A DNA stretch of 64,000 bases, taken from contig VRMN01000001.1 of assembly GCA_008690995.1 (NCBI GenBank), positions 310,001 to 374,000 on the forward strand, in the 5' to 3' direction. Both the position numbers and the translations under genes were made by a program. Below the pieces are notes generated by a model, which saw nothing but the letters and a program-made list of their open reading frames with translations, did not search any database and was not told the DNA's origin. Positions 11,768 through 20,385 of this stretch are shown piece by piece (within the stretch, counting starts at the first letter, position 1; each line of letters starts with the position of its first letter). This DNA comes from Porphyridium purpureum (Eukaryota).

Positions 11768-11895
11768 CGGTTTCCCGGTTCAAGGATGACAATTGCCCTT
11801 ACCGGATGACTCTTGTTTCATCATTCAGAAGCACGTCATGATTACATGAAAGGTGTACTCGCGGTACAGTTTCGTTCCTCGGTTGAACATGATTC

Positions 11896-12202
11896 TGTTA
11901 AGATGTGTGGAGCATGGCAGTTAACGGTTAGTGGTTAACTTTTAGTCGTTAAGCCGTTAAGCTGATCACTGATAAGGGACGTGACTTGAGAAGGGAAACT
12001 CTCGGCTGCGGTTGTTGGCCGGCGGTAGGAGCGTAGGAGAATGGGTCCGTTGGCTTATAAGTCGCGCGCGAAGCTCGGTGCTGAGCGCGAGCGCGGTGGG
12101 CTTCGGTAGGGAGTGCGAGTTGGAAAAGTTATACGTTTAGAACTTGATAAACTTGGTCGTTGGATTGGAGGTTGTCCATCAGCGGAGCGAGGTTTCCGAA
12201 CA
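11896..12202 (+). repeat. Copia-1 5' LTR
   Basis: Direct repeat of 23616-23922; one difference seen (A11919 vs G23639). Confidence 0.97.
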
Positions 12203-12215
12203 TAAACGTATTACC

Positions 12216-13394
12216 ATGTCAACGAGAGGCGGTGCAGCGGGAGGAGCCAGGGGAGCGGCGGCGCGAGGAGGATCGCGTGGACGCGGAAAAGGGCACCACC
12301 TGACCACCGCTCGGGAGAAGGGGGCGATGGCGGAACTGCCGTTGTTAAAGTACACGGCGCGCGGATCCACCCCCGCCTACACTGTGGTCGCTTGGTTCAA
12401 AGAGTTAGGGAACTACGTCAGGCTCCACTTTGGAGAAGTTGGACGTATCTTCGATCTGAGCGAGCATGGAATGGAATACCCAACAGCAAATCCTCCATCT
12501 GCAGAGGCATTCGCAGCGGCAGAATTGTCGGGCCTCCCTCAAGATGTCGCAGCTCTCGTCAAGGCCGAGAACGTGCGCATAGTCATGCAGAGCTACCATA
12601 AGAAAGTCCGGGAGCTCGAAGAGGCCAAACCGAAGGTGTTTGCCGTGATCGTGGGGCAGCTGAGTGAAGCGTCTGTAGACGCACTGAAGCGCATGGGCTC
12701 ATTCGATGAGCTGGCAGCTTCTGCCAACGATCCCCTGGAGCTCGCCAAGCAGGTGCTTGCAGTGCACATGACGCTCGGATCTGACAGCGCTGTTCAGAAT
12801 CAGCTGTATGCGGCGGAAATGTTCCACAAGCTGGCAATGGAACCGGGTGAGTCGCTCGTGCATTTTCGAGCCAGGTTCGACGCGACAGTGCGAGCCATGG
12901 ATGCCGTTGGCGAGCACACAGGAGACGCGAAGAGGCTGGCTGCCGACTTCGCGCGCAAGCTCGAGATTTCGGGAGCGCACAGAAACACCATAGTGCACCT
13001 GCAAAACACGGGCGCGGTACTGGACACAGTGAATGAGATTGTGCGAGCAGTTTCAAACTATAAAGTCGTTCCAGTTGGAGCGGTCCCACGGGTCGGTACA
13101 ACTTTTGTGGCAGGACGTGAAGACGACGAAAGCAACGATGAGGATGAACCTCATTCCGGCAGCAAACCCGTGAAGCGCAAGGTGGATGTGAGCCGGGTGC
13201 GCTGCTACAATTGCCAGAGGATGGGCCACTTCAAATCGGACTGCACTGAACCAAACGTGGTGGTCACTCTTCGCCAGGAAGTTGAAGAGATGAAGAAAGC
13301 CCTGAGGGCAAAGAAGAAAGAGCGCAGCACTACGATGGTGGCCGTAGACGACGATGAGGCGACAGGTGGAAGTGAGTCGGGGAGCGACATTTGA
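12216..13394 (+). CDS. gag: Copia-1 Gag
   Basis: CCHC knuckle CYNCQRMGHFKSDC. Ends at TGA 13392-13394, in frame with pol. Confidence 0.9.
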   Translation: MSTRGGAAGGARGAAARGGSRGRGKGHHLTTAREKGAMAELPLLKYTARGSTPAYTVVAWFKELGNYVRLHFGEVGRIFDLSEHGMEYPTANPPSAEAFAAAELSGLPQDVAALVKAENVRIVMQSYHKKVRELEEAKPKVFAVIVGQLSEASVDALKRMGSFDELAASANDPLELAKQVLAVHMTLGSDSAVQNQLYAAEMFHKLAMEPGESLVHFRARFDATVRAMDAVGEHTGDAKRLAADFARKLEISGAHRNTIVHLQNTGAVLDTVNEIVRAVSNYKVVPVGAVPRVGTTFVAGREDDESNDEDEPHSGSKPVKRKVDVSRVRCYNCQRMGHFKSDCTEPNVVVTLRQEVEEMKKALRAKKKERSTTMVAVDDDEATGGSESGSDI

Positions 13395-14155
13395 CGGCGC
13401 GGCGCGTTGCTGCCAAAGCAGCACCGCGCGACTGTCTGCACAGGTGAGACGTTTGCAGTAGGAGAAATCGGGATTGACAGTTGCTCCAGCGACCACGTCT
13501 TTCGCGACCGTGACCTCGTGAAAAACACGAGGCGCGCAGCGAAAACGCTATTGTTGAACGGCATCAATTCGGCAAAGCCAGTGCGCATCGCATGTATTGG
13601 GGACAGTGAGTTTGGCACTGTCTACCTTTCGCGCAAGGTCTGCGGAAACGTACTCAGCCTGGGACGGTTGCGTGCTGACGGGCATAAAGTGCTCTTTCAT
13701 GATAGGTCTAATACATTTAGACTCTATTACGATAAAAGCATCTTTACGTTCCGTCCGCGCGCAGACCACATCTACACTACCACACTCCCAATCACCATAG
13801 GCAAAACACTGCTGCTCGAAGGAACAGCTGCGGAACGAGAAAATGATTTTTCGCCGAGACAGGTGGCAAGCGCAAAAGCGGCGCGCGATTTGGCGCGCAG
13901 GATGGCATATCCGTCACTCAAAAACTTGAGAGACGCACTGAGAAATGGCGGCATAATGAATTGCGAGGTGAGCGCGCGTGACGTAGATCGCGCGGAGACA
14001 ATCTGGGGCCCCGCGGTACCGGTTCTAAAAGGACGAGCCACCGGCCACAAAAGCCCGATCGAGCAGGAGTCCTGTCAAGCACGGATGAGTCGCGAAATAT
14101 CACTGCGCACAGACTTAATGTTTGTAGACGGCTATGTGTTCGTTGTGAGCGTGTG
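13395..14155 (+). pseudogene. pol: Copia-1 Pol, 5' part (protease and integrase N-terminus)
   Basis: Protease motif IDSCSSDH and integrase TDLMFV. Cut by the gypsy insertion; removing the insertion and one TSD copy restores the frame as ...VVSVC-KPMQYI..., matching LISVVKPMHFI in Copia-2. Confidence 0.9.
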
Positions 14156-14447
14156 TGTCACAAACGGAGCTTCTTTTCTTTACTTCTTCTTCTCTCCTCC
14201 TCTACCTACTCTCTTCTTCCTAGCCTTTTTTCTTCGTTCGGCTGCCGCTCGCTCTGTTTTATACCCGCCTTCCGGCGCCGCAACGGCTTGCCCGGCGGGT
14301 TCAGCCCTCGGAATAACCCAATCCCGCGGCCCTCAACATAACTCAGCTGTACCACACGGTACACCCACAGCTGTACTTTCAGTACACTTAGGGACTGTAC
14401 CTCTGCGTACTCGCTGTACTGAGACCTGCATCAGGTCGCTCGCGACA
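14156..14447 (-). repeat. Gypsy 3' LTR
   Basis: Direct repeat of 20090-20381. Confidence 0.96.
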
Positions 14448-14953
14448 TCCCACACTTCCCGCTTATCCACAGCGACCATTGCGATAGCGTGTTCTAAGCC
14501 CACGCGCCGCATGCATAGCAGCCGTTCCCGTGCCGCTCAACAGGTTCAAGCACAATGAGCTGAGATCGAGCGGACGAAGTACAGTGTAAGCTGACAGGGT
14601 ACAGTGCCAGCAACAGGGCCAAAAAAATAAGGTGGCCGGTGCCGCTCACAAGTGACGCCCACTGACAAGACCCCGTACAGGCTGCCATCCCCCTCCCCCG
14701 CTAACCTTAAAGGAAAGGTGCGCTGTTACGGCTCTGCCCAATGTCACCCCGGGGAATTACCCTAGCCACGGATCCCCAGCATTTCACAGGGGCAGTTTTC
14801 TCTAATCAGGGAGTGTCTAAGATCCTCTTCAATTCTCGTTTGCCAAACTGCCGAAATTTAGAGTATATACACCCCCAAATATGGACTCAGGTACAGTATT
14901 ACTGTACTTCACTGTACACAGACTGTACTTCATTTTGTTCTTTATCATTCGTT

Positions 14954-15110
14954 CTACCGTCTTGCTGCGGGCACGGCTCCTTCTTTACCGTCCAGCCATG
15001 GACACAGCTCCTTCTTTAATGTCCAGCAACGGACACAGCTCCTTCTTTATAGTCCAGCAACGGACCCAGCTCCTTCTTTACCGTCCAGCCACGGACACTC
15101 CATCTTTATT
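14954..15110. repeat. 31-bp tandem repeat (~4.5 copies) in the gypsy 3' UTR
   Basis: Unit GGACACAGCTCCTTCTTTAnnGTCCAGCAAC starting at 14969, 15000, 15031, 15062, with a partial copy at 15093. Confidence 0.92.
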
Positions 15111-15155
15111 CGAACATTTTTTTTGAGAGCAGCGACGGCCGATAGCCACCCAGCG

Positions 15156-18100
15156 TCAAACACCTTCTGCCATGTCTCGGTACGCGGCTACCAGCATGGG
15201 CGGGAGCGTCTTCTCAGCCTCCCATGTGTCGCCTCGCTTCCCCATACCCCGCCATCTCACCTTGTACTCGCGGCCTCCACCCGCAGCCCGATCTTCCACA
15301 ATTGCCTCCACCACCCAACTTGCATCTCCTCCAGCGAACACGTTCGTGCCGGCCATGTCTACCACGTCCGGGTCTGCCTTGTGCAAGCGGTTCACATGCA
15401 CGAGCTGGCCATGGAGCTCTGCGTCATCTCGGCCGTTTGCGCTGACCACGACTGCGTGAACCCCGTTCCGCTTTGTGATGCGGAAAGGTCCGAGCCACGG
15501 CTTTGTCAGCTTGCGACCCTGCCTCGTACTTGGGCACCACACGTATACGATGTCGCCCTCGGCAAACGTTTCCTTGTTCCGATGAATGTTTCTGTCATAG
15601 TACCTTGCAAACCTCTCGGCGTTCTCCGACATCTTATTCCCGGCGAGCCGATAGGCGCGCGCCAGCTGTGCGGAGATATCTTGCGGTTGCTGGCCCCCTT
15701 CAACCGCTCGCGGTCCGGCCATGCTTGCCCAGTCCTTGGCTGGCGACCCAAACATCATTTCGTACGGCGAGAAGCCGGTGGCTGCGTGGCGCGACGTGTT
15801 GTACGCGTAGGTTACAACGGACAGCCACCTATCCCAGTCGCGCGAGCTTGCACTGACGTACGCCGACAGCATCTTGCACAGGGTCGCATTGAAGCGCTCC
15901 ACCCTTCCGTTCGTCTGCGGGTGGTAGGCTGTCGTCATGAGCCTCCGGATTCCGAGTCTGGCGCAAAGCGACGTGATCACCTCACCGACAAAGTTTGAGC
16001 CCCGGTCGGACAAGATGGACTCCGGCGGGCCAAAGACAGTCAACCACGTCTGCAGGAAACTCCGCGCCACGGTCTCTGCCTTCTCGTCCGGGAGCGCCAC
16101 GGCAACCGCCCATCGCGTCCAAGCATCCATCATGACGAGCACCTTGATATTTCCCGTTCGCGTCTCCGGACTGATGGTGAGGATGTCCATGCCTACAATT
16201 TCAAAGCGTCTGGACGCCGAGTACTGCACCATCGCCGCGTTCCGGCGGGGTGGTGGTGCCTTGCGCGCTATGCACTCGTGGCAGCACCGAACGAACTTCC
16301 GAACGTCTTCTGTCCACCCGGGCCACCACCACTGCGCGTCGGCTATCCTCGCCGCCGTCCTCGCCGTCCCCATGTGAGCTGACAGCGGGGCTCCGTGATA
16401 GACGTTGAGAACTGCCGACACAAGCGCGTCAGGGACCACCCGCCTGGGCATGTCTTTCAGCAACGCAAACACAATCCCGTCTTCGTCCACGATATACTCA
16501 GGGAAGGAGTACTTTGGCGCGGGTCCTGATAGGTTCTTGAGCTCCGCGCAGATTTGCTCGTCCTCTGCGTACGCTGCTCTGAGCTCGTCGTCCGTGGGCA
16601 CAGCGTATAGCGCCCCACTGTCTTGCGTGTCCCGTACCTCCCGGACCTCTTCTTCCGTGCCAGTGTCCAGAGGAGTACGCGATAGCGCATCGGCCACGAT
16701 ATTCGCTGCGCCTGGCTTGTGCTTCACGTCAAACTCGAAATCTTGCACGCGCATGATCCACCTTGCCGTCCGACCCCGTGGCTCTTTCTGGCGAAGCAGC
16801 CACAGCAGCGCCGAGTGATCCGTCACGAGAATGAACTTCTTGCCGAACAGATAGTGCCTGAACTTTTCCATGGATAGTATGGCACCCAAGCACTCTTGCT
16901 CCGTGACGCTGTAGTTCAGCTCTGCGCCTCGGAATGCCCTTGAGTAAAAGGCCACCGGGCGCCGCTGGTCCCCTTGAAGCAAGACCGCGCCAATGCCCAC
17001 CTGGCTCGCGTCGACTTCAAGAACCATCTCGGCGGCCGGATTGAATGCAACCAGGACTGCGCTACCGTCGTCCATCGGATCACCTAGCGCATGGCGTAGG
17101 TCTATGAACGCGGCGCGCTGGTCGTCCCCGAATCTGCTCGCCCACTCTGCGCCACCGGCCGTCTTCCGGTGGAAGCCACCTTTCTTGTCCGTCAATCCGA
17201 GCCCAGTCAGCGCTCGCCTCAGCGGGAGGGCACGCTCCTCGAAGTTCGGTATGAAGTTACGAAACCAGCCGACCAGTCCCAGGAACCGCTGCAGGTCCTT
17301 CGCTTCTTCTGGCTCTGGCCACTCCAGGATTGCCCGCGTCTTATCTACCCCAGGCCGCAAACCTTGCGGGCCAATGCGATGGCCCAGAAACTGTACTTCT
17401 GCCAGAGCAATCTTGCACTTGCGGGCCGACAGTGTAAGTCCCGACGCCGCGAACCTTCGCAAGATCTGACGAAGTCCTTCCACATGTTCCTCGAAGGTCT
17501 CATGTCCCACTGTCAGATCGTCAATGTAGATCTGCGCGTGTGCATGGCGCATAGGGCCCAAAATCCGGTTGTTGAGTCGCTGAAACGTTGGCGGGCTATT
17601 GCAGCAGCCCTGCGGCAGACGCGTGTATTCAAATAGCCCCTCACGTGTGATCATGGCAGTCAAATGCATGCTTTCTGGCGCAAGGGGCACCTGGAAAAAC
17701 CCGTCCTTGAGATCGAGAGCGCTCTTCCATCGGCGCCTCGAAAGCCAGTCGAGCATCTCCCCAACGTCTGGGATTGGGTACCTGTCCTTGATTGTGATTG
17801 CATTGAGCGGGCGAAAGTCGGTAGTCATCCGATACGATCCATCTGGTTTCCGGATCAGTACGTTGGCTGCTGCACACTCCGACGTGCTCGGCTGCAGCAC
17901 TCCCTTAGCGACAAGGGCTTCGACCAGGCTGCGCTCAGCCTCGTTCTCGGCCTCTGAGCGCCTGCGCACTTTGGCCACCAGAGGGCGCTGGCCCGGTTCG
18001 ACAGTGATGGTGTGTTCCACCAGGTCCGTTAATCCCATGGACGGCCTGAACAGCACCCACGCCTCAGCTAGGACGTCGCCGACTCGTTTGCGCTGCTCGG

Positions 18101-18764
18101 GCTCGAGATGCCCAAGCTCGATGGCCGCGGCGTTGCGCAGGGCTTCCTCTTTCTCGGCCGCGTGCTTCTGCTCCAGCTGGGCGATTCGACGATCAATCTC
18201 GCCCGGTTCTTCAAGATGACCGATGTGTTCTGGGCCCGGCAGACCACTCACTTGCTCGAACGGTAGAGAACCTCCACGCTTGAAGAACACAGCTTGACCT
18301 GGCAGCACGGCCGCGACTTCTCGAACCTGGAAGTCCCAGCCGATTAAGAGATCTGTCTTGAGGTGTTCCGCCACTCGGACCGTCTCGCACGGAAAAACGA
18401 AAGACCCGAGATGCAGATCCAGAAACCCAACGCTGACTCTGCCCAAGGAGGCGCCGTCCGGCCCTCGCGCTCCCCAACTTGACGGCTGCGTTTTCAAGCC
18501 GAGCCGGTCAGCCACGCTCGGGCTCACCCATGTTGAGTTTGCGCCCGTGTCCAGAACTGCCAGTGCGACCACTGCCTGGCCACATGCGGTGAGCTTCACC
18601 CGCAACGTCGGACTGTTGTCCGCACGCACGGCCAGCTCCGCGTCGCCGTCTTGTTCCTTGGCGTACGCCGCGCCTTGCAACTCTGCCTCACCTGAGGCAT
18701 CGCCCGGCTCCCACCATTCCATGCAGGGGGCAGCTACTGCTTGCTGCCCCACTGCCCGTTTTTT
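15156..18764 (-). CDS. pol: Gypsy Pol (PR, RT, RNase H, integrase, chromodomain), entered by -1 frameshift
   Basis: LDTGA protease, RT YIDD, RNase H VDAS...E...TDH, integrase H-H-C-C and SDRGSNF, GPF motif, chromodomain WVVEAIV...EYKVRWRG...DTWE. Confidence 0.95.
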   Translation of the reverse strand, partial: KKRAVGQQAVAAPCMEWWEPGDASGEAELQGAAYAKEQDGDAELAVRADNSPTLRVKLTACGQAVVALAVLDTGANSTWVSPSVADRLGLKTQPSSWGARGPDGASLGRVSVGFLDLHLGSFVFPCETVRVAEHLKTDLLIGWDFQVREVAAVLPGQAVFFKRGGSLPFEQVSGLPGPEHIGHLEEPGEIDRRIAQLEQKHAAEKEEALRNAAAIELGHLEPEQRKRVGDVLAEAWVLFRPSMGLTDLVEHTITVEPGQRPLVAKVRRRSEAENEAERSLVEALVAKGVLQPSTSECAAANVLIRKPDGSYRMTTDFRPLNAITIKDRYPIPDVGEMLDWLSRRRWKSALDLKDGFFQVPLAPESMHLTAMITREGLFEYTRLPQGCCNSPPTFQRLNNRILGPMRHAHAQIYIDDLTVGHETFEEHVEGLRQILRRFAASGLTLSARKCKIALAEVQFLGHRIGPQGLRPGVDKTRAILEWPEPEEAKDLQRFLGLVGWFRNFIPNFEERALPLRRALTGLGLTDKKGGFHRKTAGGAEWASRFGDDQRAAFIDLRHALGDPMDDGSAVLVAFNPAAEMVLEVDASQVGIGAVLLQGDQRRPVAFYSRAFRGAELNYSVTEQECLGAILSMEKFRHYLFGKKFILVTDHSALLWLLRQKEPRGRTARWIMRVQDFEFDVKHKPGAANIVADALSRTPLDTGTEEEVREVRDTQDSGALYAVPTDDELRAAYAEDEQICAELKNLSGPAPKYSFPEYIVDEDGIVFALLKDMPRRVVPDALVSAVLNVYHGAPLSAHMGTARTAARIADAQWWWPGWTEDVRKFVRCCHECIARKAPPPRRNAAMVQYSASRRFEIVGMDILTISPETRTGNIKVLVMMDAWTRWAVAVALPDEKAETVARSFLQTWLTVFGPPESILSDRGSNFVGEVITSLCARLGIRRLMTTAYHPQTNGRVERFNATLCKMLSAYVSASSRDWDRWLSVVTYAYNTSRHAATGFSPYEMMFGSPAKDWASMAGPRAVEGGQQPQDISAQLARAYRLAGNKMSENAERFARYYDRNIHRNKETFAEGDIVYVWCPSTRQGRKLTKPWLGPFRITKRNGVHAVVVSANGRDDAELHGQLVHVNRLHKADPDVVDMAGTNVFAGGDASWVVEAIVEDRAAGGGREYKVRWRGMGKRGDTWEAEKTLPPMLVAAYRDMAEGV
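18727..18764 (-). promoter_or_regulatory. -1 programmed ribosomal frameshift signal
   Basis: A AAA AAC in the gag frame, 7-nt spacer, 8-bp stem GGGGCAGC/GCTGCCCC. Pol is in the -1 frame. Confidence 0.88.
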
Positions 18765-20032
18765 GGTCCGTGGCTCAAGCCACCGTCCGGATACGGCGCA
18801 CGTGGTGCTCCACCTTGGCCCGCGGGGCGATGCACTCCCCCATCGGCCCGTGGCCATCCATTGCGGCAATCCCTCTTCAAGTGTCCAAGTTCGCCGCACT
18901 GCCAGCACTGCGGCTGTCCGGGCAAAGCAGTCGGAAGGGCTTGGCGCTTGGCCTGTGGCCCGAAGCTCTCGACCTGGTACACATCCTCTGCGTACAGGCC
19001 GTAGTCACGACCGCGCTTCTGGATCGTCGTGCCCGGGACCTCGCCTATGCGGCCCACTCTCTCGCGGCCAAGCGGGCGTTGCTGGCCAAACGGAGGAAGC
19101 GGGCGACTCGGTAGACCCTTCAAACCATCTTCACCGACGTGGTCCACCAGAGCTGAGCGCAGCTTGGTGAACGAGACGCTCACGCCGATCATGCGGACCG
19201 TGTTCTTCAAGAACGCGGAGTCCATGGCTTCGATCAACACGTCCTTCTTGTCCTCGTCGTCCATCTTGAGCCCGTCAGCCTTGGTCTCCAGGTCGTTCAG
19301 AAAGACACTCAAGCTGGCTTTCCCCGGTTGGAACTTCATGCGGCGGAGCTCGGCTTTCAAAGCCTGGCGGTGCTCGACATTGAAAAACATGGACTCCAGT
19401 GCCTTCCACACACGGTTCGCTGCGCCGGGCCCTGCCGCATCGACATCTTTGATCACGGCTTGGTACCTTGACACCGCGGGCCCACCAAAGCAAGCGCTGA
19501 TGTGCTCCGCGACATTGTCCCTTGCGAGGCCAAGTGTGTCCGCGTGCGACTCCCAGCAGGTCCGCGACGCGAAGAAATGAGCGTCACCTGGGGCCTTGAT
19601 AAGAACTTGAGCACTGCGGACCGCCTCGCGAAAGGTTGCTGCGAGCTTCAACTGCTCCTCCCAGAACGACCGATCCATGGTACGGCCCGAGGTCTGCGCC
19701 GAGTTGCGGCTGTGCGCCTGGGCCTCCAGTTCAGCAACGCGAGCGCGAAGGGCCATCACTTCGGCTCCGCCCGGTGCAGCTAGGTCTCCAACCGGGACAA
19801 CGGACTCTGCGTCGGCTGCGGCTTCCAGGTGACCTGGCGTCCCCTGCTCATTGTCGACAGCTTCACCCTGGTGCTCCACGACAGGCCCGTCTTCTGGCGC
19901 TGGGCCCCCGGCACGAGCGGCCCCTGCTTCGATGATCGCGGATCCGCTGCGTGGCTCCCCAAGTCCTGCCACAACTGCTGCCTCGCGAGGCCCACCTGCC
20001 TCTCCAACTCCTGCCCCACGCCCACGCGCCAT
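18734..20032 (-). CDS. gag: Gypsy Gag
   Basis: CCHC knuckle CWQCGELGHLKRDC; position directly after the 5' LTR. Confidence 0.88.
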   Translation of the reverse strand: MARGRGAGVGEAGGPREAAVVAGLGEPRSGSAIIEAGAARAGGPAPEDGPVVEHQGEAVDNEQGTPGHLEAAADAESVVPVGDLAAPGGAEVMALRARVAELEAQAHSRNSAQTSGRTMDRSFWEEQLKLAATFREAVRSAQVLIKAPGDAHFFASRTCWESHADTLGLARDNVAEHISACFGGPAVSRYQAVIKDVDAAGPGAANRVWKALESMFFNVEHRQALKAELRRMKFQPGKASLSVFLNDLETKADGLKMDDEDKKDVLIEAMDSAFLKNTVRMIGVSVSFTKLRSALVDHVGEDGLKGLPSRPLPPFGQQRPLGRERVGRIGEVPGTTIQKRGRDYGLYAEDVYQVESFGPQAKRQALPTALPGQPQCWQCGELGHLKRDCRNGWPRADGGVHRPAGQGGAPRAPYPDGGLSHGPKNGQWGSKQ

Positions 20033-20089
20033 CCTATCCCACTCCCAACCCCACACTTCCTCGCTCCCACACGACCAATTTGCAAATTA

Positions 20090-20381
20090 TGTCACAAACG
20101 GAGCTTCTTTTCTTTCCTTCTTCTTCTCTCCTCCTCTACCTACTCTCTTCTTCCTAGCCTTTTTTCTTCGTTCGGCTGCCGCTCGCTCTGTTTTATACCC
20201 GCCTTCCGGCGCCGCAACGGCTTGCCCGGCGGGTTCAGCCCTCGGAATAACCCAATCCCGCGGCCCTCAACATAACTCAGCTGTACCACACGGTACACCC
20301 ACAGCTGTACTTTCAGTACACTTAGGGACTGTACCTCTGCGTACTCGCTGTACTGAGACCTGCATCAGGTCGCTCGCGACA
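20090..20381 (-). repeat. Gypsy 5' LTR
   Basis: Direct repeat of 14156-14447; TATAAAA on the minus strand followed by a purine-rich R/U5. Confidence 0.96.
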
Positions 20382-20385
20382 TGTG

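Larger units (their letters stand above)
14156..20381 (-). mobile_element. Ty3/gypsy chromovirus-type LTR retrotransposon, intact, nested antisense in the Copia-1 integrase
   Basis: 292-bp TG...CA LTRs (one difference seen), 4-bp TSD TGTG (14152-14155 and 20382-20385), domain order gag-PR-RT-RH-IN-chromodomain, PPT GGGAAGTGTGGGA (minus strand) next to 14447. Confidence 0.97.

Noticed and set aside
14156..14558. C-terminal part of the 383-aa ORF 13407..14558
   Set aside because: Read-through into the inserted gypsy LTR; the real pol continues at 20386.
14954..15110. 31-bp repeats as a CRISPR array
   Set aside because: Units are contiguous with no unique spacers, there are no cas genes, and the context is a eukaryotic retrotransposon.
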